Source: Malacoraja senta
Taxonomy: Eukaryota
Direction: 5' to 3'
Length of the DNA: 64,000 nucleotides
Assembly: GCA_038087875.1 (NCBI GenBank)
Contig: CM075988.1
Coordinates: 2,728,001 to 2,792,000, forward strand
How positions within the stretch are numbered: the stretch's first letter is position 1; every line of letters starts with the position of its first letter. Under the pieces are notes generated by a model that saw only the letters and a list, made by a program, of their open reading frames with translations, made no database searches and was not told the origin of the DNA. Position numbers and translations under genes: made by a program. Shown here one piece after another: positions 12,098-25,150 of the stretch.

Positions 12098-12449
12098 TCT
12101 GTTGGATAAGGAAGCAACTCGAAACTACTCGCACCTCCTAACAATTTCCCTTTCTAATTTCAAAATTAACAAAGTCGTCTTAGACAATTTTCAAATCAAA
12201 ATGCTCCAGGAAACAACCAATCACACTCACACATGTTCTCGCAGCCTGTCTCCTATCCCCGATCTTAATTGGACCACATGCAAATGAACTCTAAACATGT
12301 GAGCAAAATCGAACACAAAAAGGAAACTAGTCCACTTATCAGAAGTATACCTAACCACACTCCTGCATATATCAAAATCATTCACTTATTACAAATCACG
12401 CACTCCAAGAAATCCTCCTCGTGGCGCAATCAATCAGCGTTCATAAAGC

Positions 12450-15400
12450 TCATCGGAGATATTTGAAATTTAGCTGGATGAGGCAATTGTGGCAATTTAA
12501 AGCGCTGCCTAATGGGTTAACCTCAGCCCTAGATTATTTACAAAGCTGCTAAAACCAGCATTGGGGCTACTCCGGGTTCAGGGTCATATTGTAATGGCTT
12601 ATTTGGATGATATCTTAATAATTGGAAAAACTAGGGAGGCAGCTGAGTTATCTGTGTCAGCTGTTAAACTCATATTTGAGAGATTGGGGTTTCTCATTCA
12701 TCCAACTAAATCAAAATTGATTAAAGTTATTGATTATCTGGGATTCATAGTTAATTCAACTCACATGTCTGTAACTCTGCCCAAGGGCAAGAGATTAGAT
12801 TTAATTGAAGGCTGTATCAAGCTCATGGGAGAGCAATCACCTTCAATTAGGCATGTAGCTAGCTTGATTGGCAAATTGGTAGCTGCCTTACCAGCTGCAC
12901 AGTATGGGCCTTTGCATTACCAACATTTACAGAGGGCAAAGGTACAGGCACTCAGGAAACATGCAGGTCATTTCAACATACCCATGCAATTACCAGCTGA
13001 AGCCATTGCTGAAGTTCAGTGGTGGATAAGAAACATTTCGAGTTGTTCCAGCAAAATTTTGATTGAAGCACCTTCACTTGTTTTACAGACTGATGTTAGT
13101 GCCCTTGGTTGGGGGGCTACTGATACCATCTCTAGCTGTGGAGGCAGATGGAATGTGCATGAGGCATTTATTCTCCAATCACATGGAATTAACTATTTAG
13201 AGTTACTGGGAGCATTTTATGGGGTTAAGGTTTATTGTACCACCAAGCATCATTTACATGTTCAGCTTCAGATTGACAACACCACGGCAGTGGCGTATGT
13301 GAATCATATGGGTGGAATCAAGTCGGAATCTTGTGACAGATTGGGTAACCTTATTTGGCACTGGTGCATTAAAAGAAACATTTGGGTTTCAGCTGTCTAC
13401 TTGCCAGGCAGGTTCAACATGGTGGCAGACACCAGGTCACGCAAATTCAATAGAATTGAATGGATGTTGATGTTGGATGTTGAATCATGATGTATTTAAT
13501 GATATTGTTGTTCGGTATGGGATGCCAGATATCGATTTGTTTGCATCCAGACTCAATCACCAGGTTGTGTGTTGTTTATTTCGTTTTGGTTAGTCTAGTT
13601 TTTGGTTTTTAGTTTGTGTTTTGGGGGGGTGGGGGGGTGTAACGGGTTTGCAGTCTCTCCCTGCGGGGGAATGCGACTTTTTGTCGTATTCCCCTTCTCT
13701 GCCTCCGTCTGCGCTGAGGCCTAATGGAGGTGGCGACCTCGAGGCTCCGGAGGCAGAGCCCGTCAAGACTCGCCCTAAGCTCGCTCCCGTGAGGGTGGTC
13801 CGGCTCAGGGCTGGAACAGTGCTCCCGTGAGCGCCCAAGTCGGGGCGGCCCGGCCCGAGGGAGAAGCGACGCCCAACTCGGGGCAGCCCGGCCCGAGGGA
13901 GAAGCGACGCCCATGTCGGGGCAGCCCGGCCAGAGGGAGAAGCGATGCCCATGTCGGAGCGGCCCGGCCCGGGGGAGGTTCGACGCCCATGTTGGGGCGG
14001 CCCAGCCCGAGGCTGAAGACGGCACGGTACTCACGTGAGAGTGGCTGGGACGGTGTTCTGGCGGTGGTGGCCTGAGTCCGGGGTTCGGCCGCGGGCCAGC
14101 GGCTGCGTCTGCAGGACTGGTGGGCGGCAGCTTCGACCACCCCGGGCCGCGGCGTTTGAGCCGCGGGAAACATCGCCCGGGGGGTATCGCCTCAGCGCAG
14201 AGGGAGAAAAGGAGGTAAGAGACTGCAGACTTGAGATTTTTGCCTCCATCACAGTGAGGAGATGTTGGGTGGACTCACTGTGGTGGATGTTAATATGTGT
14301 TTATTGTTGTTTTATGTATGACTGTTGCAATTTCGTTCAGACTTCGGTCTGAATGACAATAAAGGGCTATCTAATCTAATCTAATCTAATCTAATCTACA
14401 GAAGTATGTTTCATGGGAACCAGACCCAGGGGCAGTAACGGTAGACGCTTTCGCGCTACATTGGGGCGGAGTGTTTATATATGCATTTCCCCCATTCTGC
14501 CTCATCAGTCGGTGCATTACCAAGATCAAGCAGGACTCCGCTTCAGGAGTTTTGGTGGTGCCTGACTGGCCTACACAGCCATGGTTCCCTCTCATTTCGG
14601 ACATTATAACTCAACCTATTATGGTGGTTCCAAAACGTAATAACCTATTGGTGAACCCTGTGACTGAGGATCAACACCCGTTGTATGATCGTATTAATTT
14701 GTTAATTTGCAGGTTTTAAGGAGGCCATACCTGGGTCTGGGTCTATCCAATCATACCGTGGATATCATCACATCATCCTGGAGGGATAGTACAAAAAAGC
14801 AGTACATCTCTCATGTCAGGAAATGGGAGGAGTTTTGCTTACAAGGGGACATTAGTTACCACACAGCTTCCATCAAAGATGTGTGAGAGTTTCTGTCCAA
14901 ATTGTATTTTGATGAAGGGTTGAGCTATAGTGCCATCAATAGTGCCAGGATTGCTCTGTCATCGTACTTATGCTTGGGGTCAGAACTACAGTCTGTAGGA
15001 TCTCATCCGTTAATATCCCGGTTTATGAAGGGTGTTTTTAATTCGAATCCCCCCAGGCCTAGATATTCAGAAATCTGGGATGTCAGTGTGGTACTCACGC
15101 TGCTTCGTCAGTGGGGTCCAGCCACATCCTTGTCTTTGGTAAAGATTACCCTGAAGTTGGTCATGCTCATGGCGCTGGTGTCAGCGCAAAGGGTTCAGAC
15201 TCTGCAGAAGTTGCGACTGGACAGGATGGTGTCATCTGGGAATGATGTTATGTTTTACATCTATGATCTCATAAAACAGAGCAGACCAGGGGTGTCAGGA
15301 TTCAAGTTTGTACTGTTAGCATATCCCACGGATTTACGACTGTGTGTAGTGGTGCACTTGCGATGGTATATCTAGGTCACCAAGGGCCTCAGAGGCTCGG

Positions 15401-16212
15401 AAGTATCATTGTTTATTAGCCACAAAAAGCCACATAGGAAAGCGTCGGTTCAGACCATTTCAAGATGGCTGAAACAAGTGCTGGTTTGTGCAGGAGTTAA
15501 TACTGACAATTTTAAATCTCACTCCACCAGGGCAGCATCAACGTCAGCAGCGAGGGCAATGGACGTCCCTCTAGACCATATCCTCGCGGCCACAAGATGG
15601 TCAAATGAACTGACTTTTCACCGGTTTTATAATAAACCACTTATCGAAACCGGGGTGTTCGCCCATTCCATTTTAAGTTCTGTTTCATAGCTTCCCCCTG
15701 CGAGAGAGGGGTCGCTATTGTATTTTTCTTTATTTTGTTTGTGAATTAAAGCATCAACATGTTAATCTGTACCATGTTTCACTGTATTGCTCATTATTCA
15801 CTCCTCCTGAGTCAACTGATGCAGTGTGAGATGCCTGGATTCGTATCTACGGCATGAAATCACAGAGGTTTGAAATCTTCACGGAATCACTCACGTGACT
15901 CCAAAGTAAAATAGTAAGATTAAACGAGAACTTACCAGTTTGAAGTTTGATCTTTATTTTATGAGGAGTTACGATGAGCGATTACGTGCCCACCGTTCCC
16001 GGCCCTCAATATCATAAAGGTCAACTGGAAGATCTGGTTTATATTCTTACTATGTTACTTCAGTTACTAATATCTGTAATTTCACACCGCTGCTTTGAAG
16101 ATTGACGCGCATGCCGACTGGTGTGGTTCTTCATGTGATCGCTCATCGTAACTCCTCATAAAATAAAGATCAAACTTCAAACTGGTAAGTTCTCATTTAA
16201 TCTTACTATTTT
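12450..16212 (+). mobile_element. DIRS1-type element, copy B (5'-truncated inside RT)
   Basis: RT/RH ORF 12561-13490 (YLDD), MTase YAFPPF 14471-14719, YR 14902-15690 (HSTR), ICR/ITR about 15875-16210. Confidence 0.92.
13564..14395 (+). mobile_element. GC-rich non-autonomous retroposon-like insertion in DIRS copy B, with about 39-bp internal repeats and an (atcta)n tail
   Basis: Splits the DIRS frame SRLNHQ|LQKYVS; repeats gcccggcccgagggagaagcgacgccc at 13830-14010; ends aataaagggct(atcta)n. Confidence 0.65.
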
Positions 16213-16408
16213 ACATTTATTTACCAAACCAATTAAACTACACACCTGTACATCTTTGGAGTGTGGGAGGAAACTGAAGATCTCGGAGAAAACCCACGCA
16301 GGTCACGGGGAGAAGGTACAAACTCCGTACAGACAGCACCCGTAGTCGGGAGCCAGGGTTTCTGGCACTGTAAGGCAGTAGCTCTTCTGCTGTGCCACCG
16401 TGCCGCCC
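16213..16408 (-). mobile_element. V-SINE, 3' part cut off by DIRS copy B
   Basis: Reverse complement head gggcggcacggtggcacagcag and V-domain body. Confidence 0.75.
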
Positions 16409-16769
16409 AGATTGGTTGGTTAATTGGTCGTTCAGAATTGCCCCAGTGTGTAAGGGATTGGTAGTATTTAGGGAGGTTGATGGGAATAAGGGAGAATAAA
16501 ATGGGTGAGGGCAGGATTAGTTTAAATCCATGCCTCATCTCTCTATATTCGAAGTATACCCAGTGTCATCATATTCCCTTGAATCTCTCAGGACAGTGGC
16601 ATCAATGTCTGATTGTCTGAGTTCAGAAGCCCAGTTGATCAAGTTCCTGTTGTAATCTCAGGCAACCCACTTCACTGTCTGCTGTTCAACAAATTTAATT
16701 GTAATCTGCATCTTATCATTGCTTCATACTTACCCGAACTAACAGGATCGCAACAGAGCTGATCTCAGT

Positions 16770-17066
16770 GACCTCACCCCACCTCACTTCATCTCACCTC
16801 GCCTCACCTCACCCCACCTCACCTCACCTCACCTCACCTCACCTCACCTCACCTCACCTCACCACACCCCACCTCACCTCACCCACACATCACCCCTCAC
16901 CTCACCTCATCTCACCTCACCTCACCTCACCTCACCTCACCACACATCACCCCTCACCTCACATCATCTCACCTCACCTCACCTCACCTCACCTCACCAC
17001 ACATCACCCCTCACCTCACCTCATCTCACCTCACCTCACCTCACCTCACCTCACCTCACCCCACCT
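16770..17066. repeat. (CCTCA)n pentanucleotide microsatellite
   Basis: Directly visible array. Confidence 0.95.
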
Positions 17067-18014
17067 CCAACAAGCTTCCTACTGGAGGGGAGTGAATTCA
17101 CAGGATGAATGAGTAAACGTTGAATAGAACATGGTGTGGAACAAGCTGCCAGAGGAGGTAGTTGAGGATGGGACTATCTCAACGTTTAAGAAACAGTTAG
17201 ACAGGTACATGGATAGGACAGGTTTGAAGGGATTTGATCCAAACATGGATCCAAACAGGTGGAGGTAGTGTAGCTGGGACATGTTGGCTGGTGTGGAGAA
17301 GAAGGGCCTGTTTCCACGCTGTATCACTCTATGACTATAACATAGAATATAGAACAGTACGGAACCGGAACAGGCCCTTCAGCGCACAATGTCTGGGCCA
17401 AACATGATGCCAAGGCCAACTCTTATCTGCCTGCGCATGATGCATATCCCTCCAATCCCTGTATATTCATGTGCCTAACCAATAGTCTCTTAAAAGTCAA
17501 ACTTGTATCTAACTTCACAATCTTGTACCTAGCTAGATAGCATCACCCTCTGTGTAAAAAACTCCACACATTTCCTTTAAACTTTGCCCTTCTCACTTTC
17601 AAGGTTTCAAGCTCAGTTTATTGTCACATGTAGCAGTTAAGGTTCAGTGAAATTTGAGTTACCATACAGACAAAGCAACAAGACACACAACCACATAAAA
17701 GTTAACATAAACATCCACACTGTGATGGAAGGCAATAAAGTTCAATCGTCTTCCTCTTTGTTCTAAGTCCTAAATGCCTACCCCTTATTCTTAAACTGTG
17801 ACACCTGGTTCTGGACCGCCAACATCAGGATCATTTTCCTGCATCTAGCCTGTCCAATCCCTTAAGAATTTTATGTTTCTATAAGATTCCCTCTCATCCT
17901 AAATTCCAGTGAATATAAGCCCAGTCGATCCATTATTTTATCATATGTCAGTGATATTGTACACACAAAGCTACAGCACAGGAACAGGCCCTTTGGCCCA
18001 CAAGGTCTGTGCTG

Positions 18015-18600
18015 AAATTGAAGTATGCAAGAGGATGGGTCTTACTCTCAACATTTACAAGAGCAAGGTCCTCCACCAAGGCCCATGCTAGACCACATCT
18101 TCAACAGTAAAGGGTCACATTTTTAACCACCACCTATACCATTGGAGCTACCTCGTGGTGAAGGGGAATACCAGTAATGAAATTTAACACTGCCTCCACT
18201 CATTCTGCCTTTGATCAGCTGAGGATAGGAAGTTTGAAGGTGAAGATCTGAGATGTAGTATGCATTGTCTTTTAGATAGTGTGTTTGCTGCCCTTCTGTA
18301 TGCCTCTGAGTGCTGGACCACCAAAAGAGGTACATTGAGGCACAAGGGGCTCAAAGGTCTTATTAAAAAATCCTCCAAATGACTGTTGGGATGAGTGAAG
18401 CAACATGACCTTCTCTCCCACGCCAATGTCCCCAGACTTAGATCCCAGTTGCGCTCAGCTGGTAATGTTGGACACCCGATGTTGTGGCATAGCCGACACC
18501 AGATACCTGAATCACACACTCTATTCCAAGCTCGGTCACTGAACAAAATATCAGGCGGACAGAGGAAACTGTTCAAGGATATTCCTAAGTAGAAATGCAA
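18015..18600 (+). mobile_element. Old RTE-clade LINE RT fragment
   Basis: GLTLNIYKSKVLHQ-like motif followed by degenerate RTE-like sequence. Confidence 0.5.
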
Positions 18601-19881
18601 TTCCCTGGTGACTACTCAGAATACATAGAGCACAGGAACGGGTTCTTCGTCCACAATGTCTCTGTCGAACAGCAGCAAGGTATCTCACAATCCCACCCAG
18701 CAAGGTGGCTCACAACCCCACCCAGCAGGCATCTCACAACCCCACCCGCCCAACCTGTCACACACTTCCTGCTTCATCTATGGAACATCCCACATTGACC
18801 TACCTCTGAACCCAGAGTGGAAGTGGAGTGGAAGCAAGTTATCCTCAACCGTGAGGTGAGGAGTTGAAGCAAACCACAGCGATTAAACACTGTGTGAGAT
18901 GTCCACATGCCGATAATCATTTGGCTTCTACTTCTCTGGAGCTGAAGGCATTTGAAACCACTCACTATGACATCCATTCTTTGCTACCAAATAGTTTAAT
19001 TCTCAAGTGTGATTGTGCAACTCTGCATGGACAGCACAAGACCAAAGGAAAATAGGTCCTGTACACATCAAGTGAGTGTATACCTGTGGTGGTGGGACTC
19101 TGATACGCACCACTGGTCACAGTCAAGTCAACAAATCACCACAACTTGTGCATTGCAGTCAGGGGCAGTGTGTGGCAGTGCTTCAGTTCCATGAAAACAA
19201 TGAGAGATATTCTTCACAGCAAAGATTCAGCACAACTAAGGGCAGGAGAAGAGTGGTGTCTGCTCATAATGGAGTCACACAGGAACATGAGAGAGTGATC
19301 ATCGGAGATGGCTGCAGATACATTCACCCATCATCAGATCTCCAGCAGAATGTGAAACGATAGAAGCTGCACTCCACGAAACAATAGATAGAATGGAGAG
19401 TTGATTTACTTCAGAGATAACTGAAAATGGTGAATTTAAGACCAGAAACAAAAGGTCAGATGTGATGACGAGTGAAGATATTAGTAATCAGTGTTGCGGA
19501 ATCTGTCCTGACATGGTCATTTCAGCGGCTTCCTAAACTAAGCGCCGTGGGACATTCATGTGCAGATCAATACATGAACAAATTCAGTGTGTGATTTAAT
19601 GCTTCAATGTGGATGTGAAATTACCACATTGATATTCACGGCTGATGGAGTTCATGAGTCGCAGGAGCTGAATTATCGAGTTCACTCCACCATTCAATCA
19701 TGGCTGATTCATCGTTCCCTATCACCGGGGTGGTGGAGTTTTGTCGGGTGCATCGTGTTGGCATTGAAGCAGTGTGCAGCGAAACAGCAGCAACAAAGGC
19801 AGGAGGTCCGACACTGACCCAAGTCATGGACGGAGTTTGGTGGTGGGAAACCTATTGCTGATGTTGGGGAGATCACCTATC

Positions 19882-20150
19882 AGGTAGAGTTGCTGCCTTA
19901 CTGGATCCATCCTGACCATGGGGGCTGTCTTTACGGGGTTTGTACGTTCTCTCCATGACTTGCATGGGTTTTCTCCGGGTACTCCGGTTCCCAACCACAC
20001 TCCAAACACGTGCAGGTTTGTAGGTTAATTGACTTCTGTAAATTGTCCCTATGTGTGGAATAGAACTGGTGTATGGATAAATGCTGGTTGGCGTGGACTC
20101 GGTGGGCCGAAGAGCCTGTTTCCATGCTGTATCTCTAAACTAAACTAATG
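19882..20150 (+). mobile_element. V-SINE
   Basis: Same body and tail as other copies (gggccgaagagcctgtttccatgctgtatctctaaactaa). Confidence 0.75.
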
Positions 20151-20655
20151 TAAACTTGGGATTGTAAAGCAGAATAATGTCTGCAAGGAGATTCTCTGTA
20201 TAAGAATACAAGAAAATAGGTAGGAAGGAACTGCAGATGCTGATTTAAACCGAAGATAGACATAAAAGTCTGAAGAAGAGTCCCGACCCGAAACTTCATC
20301 CATTCCTTCTCTCCAGAGATGCTGCCTGTCCCGCTGAGGGAATAACATTTAGAGCAAGATAAATTCCAGTAAAGCTCGATTGAAGATAATCCAAGTCAAG
20401 AGTGTTTTATCGTCATATATCCCACATGCAACATTGAAATTATTACTTGCAGCAGCATAACAGAAAATGTAAACATAGTACGCTGTAAACAATATAATAG
20501 ATGAGAAAAAAAGCTCAGTGTGTGTTCCGAGAGTCTCCAGTAAGGTAGATGGTAACTCAGGACTGCTCCCTAGTTGTTGATAGGATGGTTCAGTTGCCTG
20601 ATAACTGCTGGGAAGGAACTGTCCCCGAATCTGGAAATGCATCCCATTACCTGTC

Positions 20656-21343
20656 ATGTTGAAAGTAGGCTTGCAGGTGCAGCAGGAAGTGAAGAAAGCG
20701 AATGGTATGTTAGCATTCATAGCAAAAGGATTTGAGTATAGGAGCAGGGAGGTTCTACTGCAGTTGTACAGGGACCTGGAGTATTGCGTACAGTTTTGGT
20801 CTCCTAATCTGAGGAAAGACATTCTTGCCATAGAGGGAGTACAGAGAAGGTTCACCAGACTGATTCCTGGGATGTCAGGACTTTCATATGAAGAAAGACT
20901 GGATAGACTTGGCTTGTACTCGCTAGAATTTAGAAGATTGAGGGGGGATCTTATAGAAACTTACAAAATTCTTAAGGGGTTGGACAGGCTAGATGCAGGA
21001 AGATTGTTCCCGATGTTGGGGAAGTCCAGAACAAGGGGTCACAGTTTAAGGATAAGGGGGAAATCTTTTAGGACCGAGATGAGAAAAACATTTTTTACAC
21101 AGAGAGTAGTGAATCTCTGGAATTCTCTGCCACAGAAGGTAGTTGAGGCCAGTTCATTGGCTATATTTAAGAGGGAGTTAGATGTGGCCCTTGTGGCTAA
21201 AGGTATCAGGGGGTATGGAGAGAAGGCAGGTACAGGATACTGAGTTGGATGATCAGCCATGATCATATTGAATGGCGGTGCAGGCTCGAAGGGCCGAATG
21301 GCCTACTCCTGCACCTACTTTCTATGTTCTATGTTTCTATGTT
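20656..21343 (+). mobile_element. CR1 LINE 3' end (ORF2 C-terminus, 3' UTR, ctatgtt tail)
   Basis: LEYCVQFWSP, YEERLDRLGLYSLEFRRLRGDLIETYK, RTRGH, FFTQRVVNLWNSLP. Confidence 0.92.
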
Positions 21344-21849
21344 GCCTCTTCATTCACATCCAAATCATTCACATATGTTATGGACAGCACGGGTGCCAGT
21401 ACCATCTCTTGTGGAACACCACTAGTCACAAGCACTGATGACGCTTGGACATACACCATTAGCCACAGGATCCAATGACAAAATCAACACTATGCCATCA
21501 ACCAGTCTCATATTGCCAAGCCTATCTTGGTCCAATTTACCAACTTACATGGGTGCCAAGAGCCCTAATCTTTAAGAACCAAGAACCAAGTCTCCCATAT
21601 GGAGTCTTGACAAAGATATTACTGAAGTCCTTGTATATCACATCTAATGCACTGCTCTAATCAATATACCTCCTCAAAATGTTCAGTCATATTGCTCAGA
21701 CAGGATCTACCCTTGGCAAAGCCATGCTGCGAGTCTCTGGTTGGTGCTATCCTTTCCAAGAGATCACTAATCCTTTCCCCAGACTTTTTTCCACTATCTT
21801 TCCGACTACTGATGTCAGGTTTACAAGTCTGCAGTTACCAGGCTCTTCC

Positions 21850-22055
21850 CTGTGGCACAGTTGCACAGCTACTAGAACTGCTGCCTCACAGCACCAGAGA
21901 CTCAGGTTCGATCCTGACCTCGGTTGCTACTTGTGTGAAGTTTGCATTTTCTCCCTGTGACCGCGTGGGTTTCCTCCAGGTGCTCTGGTTTCCTCCCACA
22001 TCCCAAAGACGTGTGGGTTGTTAGTTTAAATAGCCCTCTGTAAATTGCCCTAAAA
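21850..22055 (+). mobile_element. V-SINE truncated by the assembly gap
   Basis: B-box ggttcgatcc and V-domain. Confidence 0.75.
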
Positions 22056-22255
22056 NNNNNNNNNNNNNNNNNNNNNNNNNNNNNNNNNNNNNNNNNNNNN
22101 NNNNNNNNNNNNNNNNNNNNNNNNNNNNNNNNNNNNNNNNNNNNNNNNNNNNNNNNNNNNNNNNNNNNNNNNNNNNNNNNNNNNNNNNNNNNNNNNNNNN
22201 NNNNNNNNNNNNNNNNNNNNNNNNNNNNNNNNNNNNNNNNNNNNNNNNNNNNNNN
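22056..22255. other. Assembly gap (200 N)
   Basis: Run of N. Confidence 1.
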
Positions 22256-23129
22256 ACGTACACCACTGCTCATGTACCGTCTTATTCTTGAGTCTGCTAT
22301 CCCAGTCAACTTTGATCAGCTCAGTCCTCATACCTTCATAATCCCCCTTATTTAGACTAAGTACCCTAGCCTGAGTTTCAACCTGCTCCCCTTCTATTTG
22401 AATATGGAATTCGACCATATTGTGGTCACTTGTTCCCAACGAGTCCCTAACTATGACATTTTTAATTAATCCTGCTTCATTACACAGGACCAGATCCAAG
22501 ATTGCCTCCCCCCTTGTCGGTTCTGTGACATACTGTTCTAGGAACCCGTCTCTAATACATTCTATAAACTCTTCCTCTAGTCTACCCTGCCCAGTTTGGT
22601 TTGCCCAATTAATATGAAAATTGAAGTCCCCCATGATTACAGCAGTTCCCTTTTTACATGCGTCAACTATTTGCAGATTTATGTTCTGACTAACAGCGTC
22701 ACAGCTATTTGGAGGTCTATAAATTACACCCACTAGTGTTTTTTTCCCCTTGTTATTCTCCATCTGTACCCAGGCTGTTTCACTATCCTGATCTTTCAAC
22801 GCAATATCCTTCCTCTCTATTGCCGTTATTCCCTCCCTTATTAAAAGGGCCACCTCTCCTCCCTTTCTTTCCTGTCTATCTTTTCTAATTGTCGAGTACC
22901 CCTCTATATTTAACTCCCAATCCTGATCCCCTTGCAGCCATGTCTCCGTAATGGCCACGATATCATAACTATATATACTTAATTGCACCGTTAATTCATT
23001 TATCTTATTTCGAATACTCCGTGCATTTAGATACAGCACTTTCAGATGATTTTTACTACCCTTCCTTTCTGTTTTTGCCCCTTTTACATCTAGAGCTTTA
23101 TCTTCACACATTCTGGATCCTCCTGTCAC
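22256..23129 (-). CDS. CR1 ORF2 N-terminal APE-like endonuclease (partial)
   Basis: YLNARSIRNK, ITETWL, YRPP, GDFN, LDLVL, SDHN. Confidence 0.88.
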
Positions 23130-23218
23130 ATTTTGATTTTCCGTTTCCCCACTGATACCCTGCTCTATTTCCTCTACCCCTGCCGTTATTACCCCCCTTG
23201 ATACCTCCCCCCCGCTAC

Positions 23219-24172
23219 TTAGTTTAAAGACCTCTCTACTGCCCTAGTTATATGATTTGCCAGGACCCCAGTCCCAGCACCGTTCAGGTGAAGTCCGTCC
23301 TTACAGAACAGATCCCCCCTGTCCCAGTACTGGTGCCAGTGGCCCAAGAAACCAAACCCATTTTTCCCACACCAGTCTTTGAGCCACGCATTCAGCTTTT
23401 TAATTTTACGTACCCTCGCCGATTTGGCCCGTGGCTCAGGTAGCAATCCGGAGATCAGTACCCTCGAGGTTCTGCTTTTTAATTTATTCCCTAACTGCTC
23501 AAACTCCTTCAGCAGATCCTCCTTCCTCGTCCTTCCTATGTCATTGGTCCCCACATGGACCACGACCACTGGATCCTCCCCCTCACTCTGCAAATTTCTC
23601 TCCAGCATCGCAGAGATATCCTTAACCCTAGCACCGGGTAGGCAACACAGCCTTCGGGACATGTTCTGCTGGCCGCAGAGAACCTTATCTACCCCCCGAA
23701 TAATACTATCCCCTATCACTATGGCATTTCTTCTAACTCCCCCCTCTTGAATGGCCCCCTGATCCACGGTGCTGCAGCCAGGTTGCTCATCCCTCCCACA
23801 GCCCCTGATCCCGTCCTCACATTGAGTAAGAGCCTCGGTCATGCTCGTCAGGGACAAGGGCTGTGGCTCCTGCTGCATCTCCTCCTGGTTCCCCCTACCT
23901 GCCTCGCTTATGACCACACCTTCCTTTCCCTGCTCACTAACTACTGAATTAATTAAACTGGTCGGTGTGACCATCCCCTGGCACAAAACATCCAGGTAAT
24001 ACTCCCCCTCCCTGATGCACCGCAGCGTATGAAGTTGGGTTTCCAGCTCATCAATGCGGAGCTCGAGTTCCGCTAGCCTCAAACACTTACTGCAGCTGTA
24101 GGGATCATCTACATCAATGGTGTCGACAAATTCCCACATCTCACAGTATTGGCACATCTCCTGGCCGCCCAT
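23219..24172 (-). CDS. CR1 ORF1 protein (Cys finger, leucine zipper, SGNH/GDSL esterase)
   Basis: CQYC...CSKC, heptad LELRIDELETQLHTL, IGDSIIRG, VHVGTND, DGLHLN; 317 aa open. Confidence 0.88.
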   Translation of the reverse strand: MGGQEMCQYCEMWEFVDTIDVDDPYSCSKCLRLAELELRIDELETQLHTLRCIREGEYYLDVLCQGMVTPTSLINSVVSEQGKEGVVISEAGRGNQEEMQQEPQPLSLTSMTEALTQCEDGIRGCGRDEQPGCSTVDQGAIQEGGVRRNAIVIGDSIIRGVDKVLCGQQNMSRRLCCLPGARVKDISAMLERNLQSEGEDPVVVVHVGTNDIGRTRKEDLLKEFEQLGNKLKSRTSRVLISGLLPEPRAKSARVRKIKKLNAWLKDWCGKNGFGFLGHWHQYWDRGDLFCKDGLHLNGAGTGVLANHITRAVERSLN

Positions 24173-24434
24173 CTTATATAAGTAATTAACTGGTCCTATT
24201 AAGAATCCCCTACCCGGATTACTGTATTAAAACACCCCTTATTTATATAATCCTACCTCCTATAAATGGGAAAGTACTTACCTCAGCCGTAAATTACCTA
24301 CTGGTTTGGCTGTCTAGTGGTAATTCCGTCCGCTCTTCCTGTCTGGTCCACTGCTCCCTTGCAGTGCGTGGCCTACCTCTTAGTCGTATCTCTTGCTAAT
24401 CTCCTGCTGCTGTTGCTCCCAAATCTACAGCAGT

Positions 24435-25150
24435 TCTGAATTGGGTGGGGGACGGATGTGGAGAGAGGGAATGCCGGGGTTGCTTGAAGTTAGTGAAATC
24501 AATATTCATACCACTGGGTTGTAAGTTGCCCAAGCGAAATATGAGGTGCTGTTCCTCCAATTTGTTTTTAGCCTCACTCTGACAATGGAGGAGACCTAGG
24601 ACAGAAAAGTCATTGTGGAAATGGGAAGGGGAATTAAAGTATTTGGCAACCGGGAGATCAGGTAGGTCCAGGCAGACTGAATGAAGTTGTTCAGCGAAAC
24701 AATCGCCCAGTCTACGTTTGGTCTCACCAATGTATAAGAGTCCACATCTTGAACAACAGATACAGTAGATGAGTTTGGAGGAGGTGCAAGTGAACCTCTG
24801 TCTAACCTGAAAGGACTGTCGGGGTCCCTGAACAGAGTCGAGGGAGAAGGTATAGGGACAGGTATTGCATCTCCTGCGGTTGCAGGGGAAGGTAACTGGG
24901 GAGGGGGTGGTTTGGGTGTGAAGGGATGAGTTAACCAGGGAGTTGCAGAGGGAATGGTCTCTGTGGAAGGCGGAAAGGAATGGAGATGGGACAATGTGGT
25001 TAGTGGTGAGATCCCGTTAGCAGTGGCAAAAATGTCGGAGGATTGTGTGTTGTATGCGACGGCTGATGGGGTGAAAGGTAAGGACTAGGGGGATTCTGTC
25101 TCTGTTGTGACTGGGGGGAGGGGGGCTGCGGGATATTGAGGAGTCACGTG
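24435..25150 (-). mobile_element. Penelope-like element fragment (GIY-YIG region)
   Basis: RIPLVLTFHP and similarity to the PLE at 32631-33972. Confidence 0.8.

Larger units (their letters stand above)
3318..12450 (-). mobile_element. Defective class I (gamma/epsilon-like) endogenous retrovirus: leader-gag-pro-2H-RT-RNase H, integrase and most of env deleted, partial 3' LTR; interrupted by a DIRS element
   Basis: Gag pieces, protease ends, RT LPQGFVNSP and YVDD, RNase H MDGSA/SAQQAEL/IYTDSRYAFG, PPT followed by a TG LTR start. Confidence 0.9.
22256..24430 (-). mobile_element. Young CR1 LINE 5' half (5' UTR, ORF1, ORF2 endonuclease), running into the gap
   Basis: Two uninterrupted ORFs in CR1 order; 5' boundary approximate. 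Confidence 0.88.

Noticed and set aside
13590..14352. Several overlapping GC-rich ORFs
   Set aside because: Expected from stop-poor GC-rich tandem repeats; no recognisable domain
16768..17112. SPHLT-repeat protein
   Set aside because: Translation of the (CCTCA)n microsatellite
21902..22309. ORFs spanning the N run
   Set aside because: Artefacts of the assembly gap
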